Source: Squalus acanthias (lineage: Eukaryota). Taken from it: a stretch of 64,000 nt of DNA. Below, piece by piece: positions 1 to 13,750 of the stretch (position 1 is the first letter of the stretch; each line of letters opens with the position of its first letter). The position numbers were made by a program, and so were the translations under genes. The notes under the pieces are model-generated. The model did not search any database. It saw only the letters and a list, made by a program, of their open reading frames with translations, and was not told where the DNA came from. The DNA is taken from the NCBI GenBank assembly GCA_030390025.1, contig CM059431.1, positions 157,854,001-157,918,000 on the forward strand, written 5' to 3'.

Positions 1-3000
1 GAGTCAATGGCACTCACTCTAATCTTTCTCCCCAGTCCATCTCCAGAACCAGTGTGTATCTGAGTCAATGGGACTCTCTCTGATTTTTCTACTCGTTGCA
101 TATCCAGGACCAGTGTGTATCTGAGTCAATGGGACAATTTCTGACCTATCTCCCCTGTCCATCTCCAGGACCAGGGTCCATCTGTGACAATGGGACTCTC
201 TCTGACCATTCTCCCAGGACCATATCCAGGACCAGTGTGTATCTCAGTCAATGGGACTCTCTCTGACCTTTCTCCCCAGTCCATCTCCAGGGCCAGTGTT
301 CATCTGAGTCAATGGGACTCTCTCTGACCTTTCTGCCCTGTCCATCTCCAGTACAAGTGTCCATCTGTGACAATGGGACTCTCTCTGACCATTCTCCCAG
401 GACCAACTCCAGGACCAGTGTGTATCTGAGTCAATGGGAATCTCTCTGACCTTTCTCCCCAATCCATCTCCAGGACCAGTTTGAATCTGAGTCAATGGGT
501 CTTTCTCTGACCTTTCTCCCCGGTCGATCTCCAGGACCATTGTGTATCTCAGTCAACAAGAATCCCTCTGATCTTTCGTCCCGGTCCATCTCCGGGACCA
601 GTGTGTATCTGAGTCAATGGGATGCTCTCTGATATTTCTACCCGGTCCAACTCCAGTACCAGTGTCCATCTGTGTCAATGGAACTCTCTGGGACCTTTCC
701 CCCCTGTCCATCTCCAGGACCAGCGTGTATCTGAGTCAATGGGACTCTCTCTGACCTTTCTCCACGGTCTATCTCAGGGACCAGTGTGTAGCCAGGTTAA
801 TGGGACTCTCTGTAACATTTCTACACGGTTCATCTCCAGGACCAGTTTGCATCTGACTCAATGGGAATCTCTCTGACGTTTCTCCGCAGTCCATCTCCAG
901 GTAAAGTGTTTATCTGAGTCAATGGGTCTCTCTCTGACATTGGCCCCAGTCTATCTTCAGAACCAGTGTGCATCCGAGTCAATGGGACTCTCTCTGACAT
1001 TTCCCCCCGTCCATCTCCAGGACCAGTGTGTTTCTGAGTAAATGGGACTCTCTCTGACCTTTCTCCCCGGTCCATCTCCAGGACCAGTGTGTATCTGAGT
1101 CAAATGGGACTCACTCTGACCTTTCTCCTCTGTCCATCTCCAGCACCAGAGTCCATCTGTGACAATGGAGCTCTCTCTGACCATTCTCCCAGGACCATAT
1201 CCAGGACCAGTGTGTATCTGAGTCAAGGGGAATCTGTCTGACCTTTCTCCCCAGTCCATCTCCAGGATCAATGTGTCTCTGAGTCAATGGGTTTCTCTGA
1301 CCTTTCTCCGCAGTCCATCTCCAGGGCCGGTGTTTATCTGAGTCAATGGGACTCTCTCTGACCTTTCTGCCCTGTCCATATCCAGGACAAGTGTCCATCT
1401 GTGACAATGGGACTCTCTCTGACCATTCTCCCAGGACCATCTCCAGGACCATTGTGCATCTGAGTCAATGGGACTCTCTCTGACCTTTCTCCCCAATCCA
1501 TATCCAGGACCAGTGTATATCTGAGTCAATGGGACTCTCTCTGACCATTCCCCCGGGACCATATCCAGGACTAGTGTGTATCTGAGTCAATGGGACTCTC
1601 TCTGACATTTCTCCCCAGTCCATCTCCAGGACCAGTGTTCATCAGTGTCAATGGGACTCTCTCTGTCCTTTCTGCCCTGTCCATCTCCAGGACCAGTGTG
1701 TATCTGAGTCAATGGGACTCTCTCTGACCTTTCTCCCCGGTCCATCTCCAGGACCAGTGTGTATCTCAGTCAATCGGACTCTCTCTGACCTTTCTCCCAG
1801 ATCCACCTCCAGGATCAGTCTGTGTCATTGGGACACTCTGGGACGTATCTCCCCTGTCCATCTCCAGGATCAGCGTGTATCTGAGTCAATGGGACTCTCT
1901 CTGACCTTTCTCCATGGACCATTTCAGGGACCAGTGTGTAGCCAGGTTAATGGGACTCTCTGTGTCATTTCTACCCGGTTCATCTCCAGGACCAGTTTGC
2001 ATCTGACTTACTGGGAATCACTCTGACCTTTCTCCGCAGTCCATCTCCAGGTAAAGTGTTTATCTGAGTCAATGGGACTCTCTCTGACATTTTCCCCTGT
2101 CTATCTCCAGAACCAGTGTGCATCCGAATCAATGGGACTCTCTCTGACATTTCCCCCCGTCCATCTCCAGGACCAGTGTGTTTCTGAGTCAATGGGACTC
2201 TCTCTGACCTTTCTCCCCGGCCAATCTCCAGGACCAGTGTGTATCTGAGTCAATGGGACTCTCTCTGACATTTCTCCCCGGTCCATCTCCAGGACCATTG
2301 TCTATCTCAGTCAAAGAGAATGTCTCTGATCTTTCGCCCCCGTCCATCTCCAGGACAATTATGTATCTGAGTCAATGGCACTCACTCTAATCTTTCTCCC
2401 CAGTCCATCTCCAGAACCAGTGTGTATCTGAGTCAATGGGACTCTCTCTGATTTTTCTACTCGTTGCATATCCAGGACCAGTGTGTATCTGAGTCAATGG
2501 GACAATTTCTGACCTATCTCCCCTGTCCATCTCCAGGACCAGGGTCCATCTGTGACAATGGGACTCTCTCTGACCATTCTCCCAGGACCATATCCAGGAC
2601 CAGTGTGTATCTCAGTCAATGGGACTCTCTCTGACCTTTCTCCCCAGTCCATCTCCAGGGCCAGTGTTCATCTGAGTCAATGGGACTCTCTCTGACCTTT
2701 CTGCCCTGTCCATCTCCAGTACAAGTGTCCATCTGTGACAATGGGACTCTCTCTGACCATTCTCCCAGGACCAACTCCAGGACCAGTGTGTATCTGAGTC
2801 AATGGGAATCTCTCTGACCTTTCTCCCCAATCCATCTCCAGGACCAGTGTGTATCTGAGTCAATGGGACTCTCTCTGACCTTTCTCCCCTGTCCATCACA
2901 AGGTCCAGTGTGTATCTGTGTCAATGGGACTCTCTCAGAACTTTCTCCCCGGTCCATCTCCAGGACCAGTGTGTATCCGAGTCAATGGGACTCTCTGTGA

Positions 3001-6000
3001 CCTTTCTCACCGGTCCATCTCCAGGACCAGTGTGTATCTGAGTAAATGGGACAATCTCTGACCTTTCACCCCTGTCCATCTCCAGGACCAGTGTCCATCT
3101 GTGACAATGGGACTCTCTCTGACCATTCTCCCAGGACCATCTCCAGGACCAGTGTGTATCTGAGTCAATGGGACTCTGTCTGTCCTATCTCCCCAGTCCA
3201 TCTCCAGGATCAATGTGTCTCTGAGTCAATGGGTTTCTCTGACCTTTCTCCGCAGTCCATCTCCAGGGCCGGTGTTTATCTGAGTTAATGGGACTCGCTC
3301 TGACCTTTCTGCCCAATCCATCTCCAGGACCAGTGTATATCTGAGTCAATGGGACTCTCTCTGAGCATTCCCCCGGGACCATCTCCAGGACCAGTGTTAA
3401 TCTGTGTCAATGGGACTCTCTCTGTCCTTTCTGCCCTGTCCATCTGCAGGACCAGTGTGTATCTGAGTCAGTGGGACTCTCTCTGACATTTCTCCCAGGT
3501 CCATCTCCAGGACCAGTGTGTATCTCAGTCAATGGGACTCTCTCTGACCTTTCTCTCCGATCCACCTCCAGGGCCAGTTTGTATCTGAGTCAATGGGACC
3601 CCTCTGTGACCTTTCTCACCGGTCCATCTGCAGGACCAGTGTGTATCTGAGTAAATGGGACAATCTCTGACCTTTCTCCCCTGTCCATCTCCAGGACCAG
3701 TGTCCATCTGTGACAATGGGACTCTCTCTGACCATTCTCCCAGGACCATCTCCAGGACCAGTGTGTATCTGAGTCAATGGGACTCTGTCTGTCCTATCTC
3801 CCCAGTCCATCTCCAGGATCAATGTGTCTCTGAGTCAATGGGTTTCTCTGACCTTTCTCCGCAGTCCATCTCCAGGGCCGGTGTTTATCTGAGTCAATGG
3901 GACTCGCTCTGACCTTTCTGCCCAATCCATCTCCAGGACCAGTGTATATCTGAGTCAATGGGACTCTCTCTGAGCATTCCCCCGGGACCATCTCCAGGAC
4001 CAGTGTTAATCTGTGTCAATGGGACTCTCTCTGTCCTTTCTGCCCTGTCCATCTGCAGGACCAGTGTGTATCTGAGTCAGTGGGACTCTCTCTGACATTT
4101 CTCCCAGGTCCATCTCCAGGACCAGTGTGTATCTCAGTCAATGGGACTCTCTCTGACCTTTCTCTCCGATCCACCTCCAGGGCCAGTTTGTATCTGAGTC
4201 AATGGGACCCCTCTGTGACCTTTCTCCCCGGTCCATCTCCAGGACCAGTGTGTAATTGAGTCAATGGGAATCTCTCTGACCTGCTCCCCGGTCCATCTCC
4301 AGGACCAATGTTCATCTGAGTCAATGGGACTCTCGCTGACCTTTCTCCCCAGCCCATCTCCAGGACCGGTGTGTATCTCAGTCAATGGGACTCTCTCTGA
4401 ATTTTCTTCCAGTCCATCTCCAGGAAAAGTGTTTATCTGAGTCAATGGGATCTCTATGACCTTTCTTCCCGGTTCATCTCTGGACCAGTGTGCATTTGAG
4501 TTAAAGGGGCTTTCTCTGACATTACTCGCGGTCCATCTCCAGGACCAGAGCATTTTAAAGGAGACTTTCTCTGACTTTTCACCCGGGTCCACCTCCAGGA
4601 CCAGTGTGTATCTGAGTCAAGTAGACTCTCTCTGACCTTTCTCCCCCGACCATCTCCAGGACCAGTGTATATCTGAGTCAATGGGAGACTCTCTGACCTT
4701 TCTCCCCAGTCCATCTCCAGGACCAATGTGTATCTGAGTCAATGGGACTCTCTGACCTTTCTCCCCAATCCATCTCCAGGACCAGTGTTTATCAAAGTCA
4801 ATGGGACTCTCTCTGACCTTTCTCCCCGGTCCATCTCCAGGACCAATGTGTATCTGAGTCAATGGGACTCCATCTGACCTGTCTACCGTTCCATCACCAG
4901 GACCAGTGTGTTTATCGGATTCAATGTGACACTCTCTGGCCTTTTTCCCCGGTCCATCTCCAGGACCAATGTTTATCTGAGTCAATGGGTCTATCTCTGA
5001 CCTTTCTCACCAACCCATCTCCAGGACCAGTGTGTATCTCAGTCAATGGGACTCTCTCTGACTTTTCTCCCAAGTCCATCTCCAGGAAAAGTGTTTATTT
5101 GAGCAAATGGGACTCTCTATGACGTTTCTTCCCGGTTCATCTCAGTACCAGTGTGCATCTGAGTTAAAGGGGCTTTCTCTGACATTTCTCGCGATCCATC
5201 TCCAGGACCACTGAATTTTAAAGGAGACTTTCTCTGACTTTTCACCCTGGTGCACCTACAGGACCAGTGTGTATCTGAGTCAAGTAGACTCTCTCTGTCC
5301 TTTCTCCCCAGACCATCTCCAGGACCAGTGTGTATCTGAGTCAATGGGAGACTCTCTGATCTTTCTCCCTGGTACATCTCCAGGACCAATGTGTATCTGA
5401 GTAAATGGGACTCTCTCTGACCTTTCTCCCCAATCCATGTCCAGGACCAGTGTTTATCAGAGTCAATGGGACTCTCTCTGACCTTTCCTCCAGGACCATC
5501 TCCAGGACCAGTGTGTATCTGAGTCAATGGGACTCTCTCTGACCTTTCTCTCCAGTCCATCTCCAGGACGAGTATTCATCTGTGTCAATGGGTCTCTCTC
5601 TGTCCGTTCTGCCCTGTCCATCTCCAGGACCAGTGTGTATCTGAGTTAATGTCACTCTCTCTGACCTTTCTCCCCGGTCCATCTCCAGGACCAGTGTGTA
5701 TCTCAGTCAATGGGACTCTCTCTGACCTTTCTCCCCGGTCCATCTGCAGGACCAGTTAGTATCTGAGTCATTGAGACTCTCTCTGACCTTTCTCCCCGGT
5801 CCATCTCCTGGACCAATGTGTATCTGAGTCAATGTGACTCTCTCTGACCTTTCTCCCCGGTCCATCTGCAGGACCAGTTAGTATCTGAGTCATTGAGACT
5901 CTCTCTGACCTTTCTCCCCGGTCCATCTCCAGGACCAATGTGTATCTGAGTCAATGTGACTCTCTCTGACCTTTCTCCCGTTCCATCTCCAGGACCAGTG

Positions 6001-9000
6001 TGTTTATCTGATTCAATGTGACACTCTCTTGCCTTTCTCCCCGGTCCATCTCCAGGACCAGTGTTTATCTGAGTCAATGGATCTATCTCTGACCTTTCTC
6101 CACAGCCCATCTCCAGGACCAGTGTGTATCTCAGTCAATGGGACTCTCTCTGACTTTTCTCCCCAGTCCATCTCCAGGAAAAGTGTTTATTTGAGTCAAT
6201 GGGACTCTCTATGACCTTTCTTCCCGGTTCATCTCAGGACAAGTGTGCATCTGAGTTAAAGGGGCTTTCTCTGACATTTCTCGCGATCCATCTCCAGGAC
6301 CACTGAATTTTAAAGGAGACTTTCTCTGACTTTTCACCCAGGTGCACCTCCAGGACCAGTGAGTATCTGAGTCAAATAGACTCTCTCTGAGCTTTCTCCC
6401 GACCATCTCCAGGACCAGTGTCTATCTGAGTCAATGGGAGACTCTCTGACCTTTCTCCCCAGTCCATCTCCAGGACCAGTGTGCATCTGAGTCAATGGGA
6501 CTCTCTCTGACCTTTCTCTCCAGTCCATCTCCAGGACGAGTATTCATCTGTGTCAATGGTTCTCTCTCTGTCCGTTCTGCCCTGTCCATCTCCAGGACCA
6601 GTGTGTATCTGAGTTAATGTCACTCTCTCTGACCTTTCTCCCCGGTCCATCTCCAGGACCAGTGTGTATCTCAGTCAATGGGACTCTCTCTGACCTTTCT
6701 CCCCGGTCCATCTGCAGGACCAGTTAGTATCTGAGTCATTGAGACTCATCTGACCTTTCTCCCCGGTCCATCTCCAGGACCAATGTGTATCTGAGTCAAT
6801 GTGACTCTCTCTGACCTTTCCCCCCGGTCCATCTGCAGGACCAGTTAGTGTCTGAGTCATTGAGACTCTCTCTGACCTTTCTCCCCGGTCCATCTCCAGG
6901 ACCAATGTGTATCTGAGTCAATGTGACTCTCTCTGACCTTTCTCCCGTTCCATCTCCAGGACCAGTGTGTTTATCTGATTCAATGTGACACTCTCTTGCC
7001 TTTCTCCCCGGTCCATCTCCAGGACCAGTGTTTATCTGAGTCAATGGATCTATCTCTGACCTTTCTCCACAGCCCATCTCCAGGACCAGTGTGTATCTCA
7101 GTCAATGGGACTCTCTCTGACTTTTCTCCCCAGTCCATCTCCAGGAAAAGTATTTATTTGAGTCAATGGGACTCTCTATGACCTTTCTTCCCGGTTCATC
7201 TCAGGACAAGTGTGCATCTGAGTTAAAGGGGCTTTCTCTGACATTTCTCGCGATCCATCTCCAGGACCACTGAATTTTAAAGGAGACTTTCTCTGACTTT
7301 TCACCCGGGTGCACCTCCAGGACCAGTGAGTATCTGAGTCAAATAGACTCTCTCTGAGCTTTCTCCCGACCATCTCCAGGACCAGTGTCTATCTGAGTCA
7401 ATGGGAGACTCTCTGACCTTTCTCCCTAGTCCATCTCCAGGACCAATGTGTATCTGAGTCAATGGGACTCTCTCTGACCTTTCTCCCCGGTCCATCTCCA
7501 GGACCAGTTAGTATCTGAGTCAATGGGACTCTCTCTGACCTTTCTCCCCGGTCCATCTCCAGGACCAGTGTGTAATTGAGTCAATGGGACTCTCTCTGAC
7601 CTTTCTGCCCAGCCCAACTCCAGGACCAGTGTGTATCTCAGTCAATGGGACTCTCTTTGACTTTCCTCCCCAGTCCATATCCAGGAAAAGTGTTTATCTG
7701 AGTCAATGGGTCTCTCTATGATCTTTTTTCCCGGTTCATCTCAGGACCAGTGTGCATCTGAGTTAAAGGGGCTTTCTCTGACATTTCTCGCGTTCTATCT
7801 CCAGGACCACTGACTTTTAAAGGAGACTTTCTCCACTTTTCACCCTGGTGCACCTCCAGGACCAGTGTCTAGCTGAGTCAATGGGACTCTCTCTGACCTT
7901 TCTCCCCGGTCCATCTCTTGGACCAGTGTGTATCTGAGTCAATGGGACTCTCTCTGTCCTTTCTCCCCGGTTCATCTCCAGGACCAATGTGTATCTGAGT
8001 CAATGTTACTCTCTCCGACCTTTCTGCCCGGTCCATCTCCAGTACCAGTGTGTATCTGAGTCAATGTGACTCTCTCTGACCTTTCTCCCGTTCCATTCCA
8101 GGACCAGTGTGTTTATCTGATTCAATGGGACTCTTTCTGGCCTTTCTCCCCGGTCCATCTCCAGGACCAGTGTTCATCTGAGTCAATGTGACTATCTCTG
8201 ACCTTTCTCCCCAGCCCATCTCCAGGACCAGTGTATATCTCAGTCAATGGGACTCTCTCTGACTTTGCTCCCCAGTCCATCTCCAGCAAAAGTGTTTATT
8301 TGAGTCAATGGGACGCTCTATGACCTTTCTTCCCGGTTCATCTCAGGACCAGTGTGCATCTGAGTTAAAGGGGCTTTCTCTGACATTTCTCGCGGTCCAT
8401 CTCCAGGACCACTGAATTTTAAAGGAGACTTTTTCTGACTTTTCACCCGGGTGCACCTCCAGGACCAGTGTGTATCTGAGTCAAATAGACTCTCTCTGAC
8501 CTTTCTCCCCAATCCATGTCCAGCACCAGTGTTTATCTGAGTAAATGGGACTCTCTCTGACCTTTCTCCCCAATCCATGTCCAGGACCAGTGTTTATCAG
8601 AGTCAATGGGACTCTCTCTGACCTTTCCTCCAGGACCATCTCCAGGACCAGTGTGTATCTGAGTCAATGGGACTCTCTCTGACCTTTCTCTCCAGTCCAT
8701 CTCCAGGACGAGTATTCATCTGTGTCAATGGGTCTCTCTCTGTCCGTTCTGCCCTGTCCATCTCCAGGACCAGTGTGTATCTGAGTTAATGTCACTCTCT
8801 CTGACCTTTCTCCCCGGTCCATCTCCAGGACCAGTGTGTATCTCAGTCAATGGGACTCTCTCTGACCTTTCTCCCCGGTCCATCTGCAGGACCAGTTAGT
8901 ATCTGAGTCATTGAGACTCTCTCTGACCTTTCTCCCCGGTCCATCTCCTGGACCAATGTGTATCTGAGTCAATGTGACTCTCTCTGACCTTTCTCCCCGG

Positions 9001-9470
9001 TCCATCTGCAGGACCAGTTAGTATCTGAGTCATTGAGACTCTCTCTGACCTTTCTCCCCGGTCCATCTCCAGGACCAATGTGTATCTGATCAATGTGACT
9101 CTCTCTGACCTTTCTCCCGTTCCATCTCCAGGACCAGTGTGTTTATCTGATTCAATGTGACACTCTCTTACCTTTCTCCCCGGTCCATCTCCAGGACCAG
9201 TGTTTATCTGAGTCAATGGATCTATCTCTGACCTTTCTCCACAGCCCATCTCCAGGACCAGTGTGTATCTCAGTCAATGGGACTCTCTCTGACTTTTCTC
9301 CCCAGTCCATCTCCAGGAAAAGTGTTTATTTGAGTCAATGGGACTCTCTATGACCTTTCTTCCCGGTTCATCTCAGGACAAGTGTGCATCTGAGTTAAAG
9401 GGACTCTCTCTGAGCTTTCTCCCCGGTCCATCTCCAGGACAAGTTTGTATCTCAGTCAATGGGCCTCTCT
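1..9470. repeat. 61-bp satellite array (~155 monomers) with higher-order block duplications; runs off the left edge
   Basis: GAGTCAATGG recurs at 1, 62, 123 and onward. Consensus is close to TGAGTCAATGGGACTCTCTCTGACCTTTCTCCCCGGTCCATCTCCAGGACCAGTGTGTATC. All ORFs here are repeat translations. Confidence 0.97.
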
Positions 9471-9479
9471 CTCTCTCTC

Positions 9480-10480
9480 CCTCTCAGTCTTTGGCAGCCG
9501 GGCTGTGTCTACCGGTCGCAGCATACTGTAAAGTCTCCGGGTCTGGGGCGGGGAAGGAAGGTTTCTAACTACTGATGAGAATGATGAGATTATCTTAATA
9601 ATAATATTCAACAGTCAAATTAGGCATGAACAATGGCTCCGTGTGGGAAATTACAGAGGGAACTTCCATCATTTTGGAGAGCGAGAGACAGAAGACGAAA
9701 ATAAAAGCGATCAGCGATTAACCTGATTCACATTCGATATAAAAGCTGATTTATCCGGACACATCTCCCCCCTTTAGACCCCCGGCCGTGCGGCACTCAG
9801 TCCTAGTCACTTACCCGCACAATTCCCGCCCGCTCAGCGCTCTGATCCCCACACTCACCAGAAAATTCCCGCCCGACCTCGAAGCGTTCTGTTCCGGCTC
9901 CCGGGACGTCCGCAGCACCCGGCTCCAATCGCCGCTCATTGGTCCAGTTAGAAGTGGCCGCCGTTTCCCGAACATTTTGGCTCCGGAATTGCTGCCTCTT
10001 CAAACGAATTTTACTGGAAAACCTCGCGCCATTCGTGGCGAACAGTGGTGCTGGACAGAGCATGCATAAATTAAAGTCCCTCAGTGAGTTCGCTCTTTCA
10101 ATTATCTGCATACAGGAAAGTGGCATCCCCTCCCACCAATCGGAGTCCCGCCTTGCCACACAGATCCCTCCCACTGTATCGATCAAACCCCAGGACAGCT
10201 CGGGGTCACGTGCGTCCAGATTTTAAACCGCGGGGCCGGTAAACCGCTTCAGCGCGAGCCCCGCAGCGCGTGTGACATCAGAGGACCGGCAACAGCGCAT
10301 GTGACGTCATAGACACGGCCACATCGCGTGTGACGTCAGAATCTCTTCCACAGCGTGTCGATGCTGAGGTGCGGGGACGCGCGTTGGCACATGGGAGCCA
10401 CGCAACAGCAGAAGGGGAGGGTCCGCTCCCTGTACGCCTCCGCCAGACTCAGCCATGCGCAATTTGCTGCTGAATTTCAG
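9480..10480. promoter_or_regulatory. CpG-rich island / putative promoter
   Basis: Dense CpG relative to the flanks, GC box GGGGCGGGG (~9545), CCAAT/ATTGG motifs (~9925, ~9938, ~10136), two perfect CRE palindromes TGACGTCA (10302-10309, 10332-10339) and TGACATCA (~10273). Confidence 0.6.
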
Positions 10481-10489
10481 AACGGGTGG

Positions 10490-11820
10490 CACCGGCTGGG
10501 GGTGAAGTGCGAACGGGCTGGGGTGTGAAGGGTGAACGGGCTGGGGTGTGAAGGTTGAATGGGCTGGTGTGTGAAGGGTGAACGGGCTGGGGTGTGAAGG
10601 GTGAACGGGCTCTGGTGTGAAGAGTGAACGGGCTGGTGTGTGAAGGGTGAACGGGCTGGGGTGTGAAGGGTGAATGGGCTGGGGTGAGAAGGATGAAAGG
10701 GCTGGGGTGAGAATGGAGAACGGGCTAGGGTGTGAGGGGTGAACGGGCTGGGGTGTGAAGGGTGAACGGGCTTGGGTGTGAAGGATGAATGGGCTCTGGT
10801 GTGAAGGGTGAACGGGCTGTGGTGTGAAGGATGAACGGGCTGGTGTGTGAAGGGTGAACGGGCTGGAGTGTGAAGCGTGAACGGGCTGGGGTGTGAAGCG
10901 TGAACAGGCTGTGGTTTGAATGGTGAACGGGTTGGGGTGTGAAGCGTGAACGGGTTGGGGTGTGAAGGGTGAAAGCGCTGGGGTGTGAAGGCTGATCGGG
11001 CTGGTGTGTTAAGTGTGAACGGGCTGGGGTGTGAAGGGTGAACGGGCTGGAGTGTGAAGGGTGAACGGGCTGGGGTGTGAAGGGTGAACGTGCTTGGGTG
11101 TGACGTTTGATCGGGCTGGGGTGTGAAGGTTGAACGGGCCGGTGTCTGAACGGTGAACGGGCTGGGGTGTGAAGGGTGAACGGGCTGGGGTGTGAAGAGT
11201 GAACAGGCTGGTGTGTGAAGTGTGAACGTGCTTGGGTGTGAAGGGTGAACGGGCTGGGTAGTGAAGTGTGAACGGGCTGGTGTGTGAAGGGTGAACGTGC
11301 TTGGGTGTGAAAGTTGAACGGGCTGGGGTGTGAAGGGTGAACGGGCTGGGGTGTGAAGGGCGAACGGGCTGGGGTGTGAAAGTTGAACGGGCTGGGGTGT
11401 GAAGGGTGAACGTGCTGGGGTGTGAAGGGTGAACGGGCTGGCGTTTGAACGGTGAATGGGCTGGAGTGTGAAGGGTGAACGGGCTGGGGTGTGAAGGGTG
11501 AACGGGCTGGTGTGTGAATGGTGAACGTGTTGGGGTGTGAAGGGTGAACGGGCTGGGGTGAGAAGGGTGAACGTGCTGGTGTGTGAAGGGTGAACGGGCT
11601 GGGGTGTGAAGGGTGAACGGGCTGGGTTGTGAAGTGTGAACGGGCTGGGGTGTGAAGCGTGCACGGGCTGGGGTGTGAAGTGTGAACGGGCTGGGGTGTG
11701 CAGGGTGCACGGGCTGGGGTGTGAAGTGTGAACGGGCTGGGGTGTGAAGTGTGAACGGGCTGGGGTGTGAAGTGTGAACGGGCTGGGGTGTGAAGGGTGA
11801 ACGGGCTTTGGTGTGAATAT
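10490..11820. repeat. 23-bp G-rich minisatellite (~58 units)
   Basis: Unit AACGGGCTGGGGTGTGAAGGGTG is repeated in tandem with point variants. Confidence 0.96.
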
Positions 11821-12760
11821 GCTGGCGTGAAGAGGGGGCACGGGCTTTCTTGAGAGAGGGATACTGGGTGGGCTGAGGGGGGCACTGGCTGGAGTGTGAA
11901 AAGTGGATATGGGCTGTGGTGTGAAATTGGCACAGGCCGTATCGTTGAACAACCTCTGCATAGTGTCTTTGGGTTCGGAATCCATATCAATGAATCACAA
12001 TTCCGATGTTTGTGCTCTTTCCACAATATCATTGAGAGGTCTGGGTTGTTCTGAATATTCTGTTCTAACTTGGTTAAATATGTTGTTATAATTGTTGGTG
12101 CGGGTTACTACTGCCACTAGGCGGACTGTCTCTATCGGCGGCGGTGATGACTTGACAGATAAGGCGCTTCCCGATGCCTGTTGTGAGGGCCTTTCATCAT
12201 CACCCTGATAAAGAGCCGGCTCATTTTCCGGGGAGTCCCAATCTATCTAATTGTTATCATCGCCTAGCCGGGTATTCAAACTGCCTGCTACCCGTGGCAC
12301 ACAGTCAGTCTTCCATTTTTCCTTATTTAGTTCCCTTTTACAGTCTTTATGATGTTCTGTATTTCAGGATGGCCTCTGCAGAGCGAGTCGCATATCATTC
12401 AAACTTTGCTATTTACTGGCTAGTTCCTCACTCAGTTCCTTCTTTACTTGTACAGTGATCGCGGTTCCAAAGCACTGAGTGGCGGCCATTTTAGCTGGCA
12501 CCAGATGATGGGTTTCCACCCCTGGTTACACACCAGCAGTTGGCAGCAAACATTGTGAGTGAGTATAGCCGCTAGAAATAGTGGCATGGAAAGAAAATAA
12601 TAATTACATATTAATATAAGTCATCCGACCAAATGTCATCAGTTGAAAATATATTAAAATTAAATATATTGGTAGTTGCAAAATTAGCCCCTTGTTTTCG
12701 AGTAACAGATTTCAGAATTAATATGAATCAATTTGAGGTTAAAATATTCTTGGAGTGAGC

Positions 12761-13552
12761 TGATAAGTGGCCGGCAACATTCGCGCCACAGAAGTGCCAG
12801 GCAATGACTGTCTCCAACAAGTGAGAGTCTATCCACCTCCCCTTGACATTTAACTGCGTTAGCATAGCCGAATCCCCCACCATCAATATCCTGGGGGTCA
12901 CCATTGACCAGAAACTTAACTGGACCAGACACATAAATACTGTGGCAACAAGAGCAGGTCAGAGGCTAGGTATTCTGCGGCGAGTGTCTCACCTCCTGAC
13001 TCCCCAAATCCTTTCCACCATCGACAAGGCACAAGTAAGGAGTGTGATGGAATACTCTCCACTTGCCTGGATGAGTGCAACTGCAACAACACTCAAGAAG
13101 CTCGACACCATCCAGGAACACGCAGCCCGCTTGATTTGCACCCCATCCACCAACTTAAATATTCACTCCCTTCACCACCGGCATACCGTAGCTGCAGTGT
13201 GCACCATCTACAAGATGCATCGCAGCAACTCGCCAAGCCTTCTTCGGCAGCACCTCTCAAACCCGCAACCTCTTCCATCTAGATGGAGAAGGGCAGCAGG
13301 CGTAGGGGAACACCACCACCTCCAAGTTCCCCTCCAAGTCACAAACCATCCTGACTTAGAAATATATCGCCGATCCTTCACCGTCGCTTGGTCAAAATCC
13401 TGTAAGTCCCTCCGTAACAGCACTGTGGGAGTACCTTCAACACACGGACTGCAGCGGTTCAAGAAGGTGGCTCACCACCACCTTCTCGAGGGCAATTACG
13501 GATGGGTAATAACAGCTGTACTTGCCAGCGGCACACACATAAACGAATAAAA
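12761..13552 (+). mobile_element. 5'-truncated non-LTR retrotransposon, post-RT C-terminus and 3' UTR (same family as 52254-54252 and 59826-62523)
   Basis: ORF 12843-13550 reads ILGVTIDQKLNW...QVRSVMEYSPLAW...IHSLHHR. The paralogous unit has an empty site at ~16901. Confidence 0.9.
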
Positions 13553-13750
13553 CTTATCTCTGGAAGGTAGATAGAGCAAAATTGAATCAGCACCACACTA
13601 ACTGGGACGAGAGAAAGTACTCTGGTTTCACGTAGCAGATCTGGTGGGATCCACACACAGATCGAAAAAAATGGGATGAAACAGGAAGCTTCATCAATGA
13701 TTGGAAAGGTGAGGAGCTGCACTGAGAATCCCAACAGCACAGACTTTATG

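Noticed and set aside
1..9470. CRISPR-like regular repeats
   Set aside because: There are no unique spacers; whole monomers repeat, the context is eukaryotic and no cas genes are present.
244..9568. Dozens of similar ORFs in the first 9.5 kb
   Set aside because: They are translations of the 61-bp satellite, whose period is not a multiple of three.
10477..12032. Long His/Pro/Ser-rich ORFs of 502, 435 and 233 aa
   Set aside because: All three minus frames are open because the 23-bp unit has no stop codons; this is a repeat artefact.
12111..12495. CTCF-like (CCACTAGGCGG) and YY1-like (GGCGGCCATTTT) motifs
   Set aside because: Single imperfect short matches are not enough without binding data.
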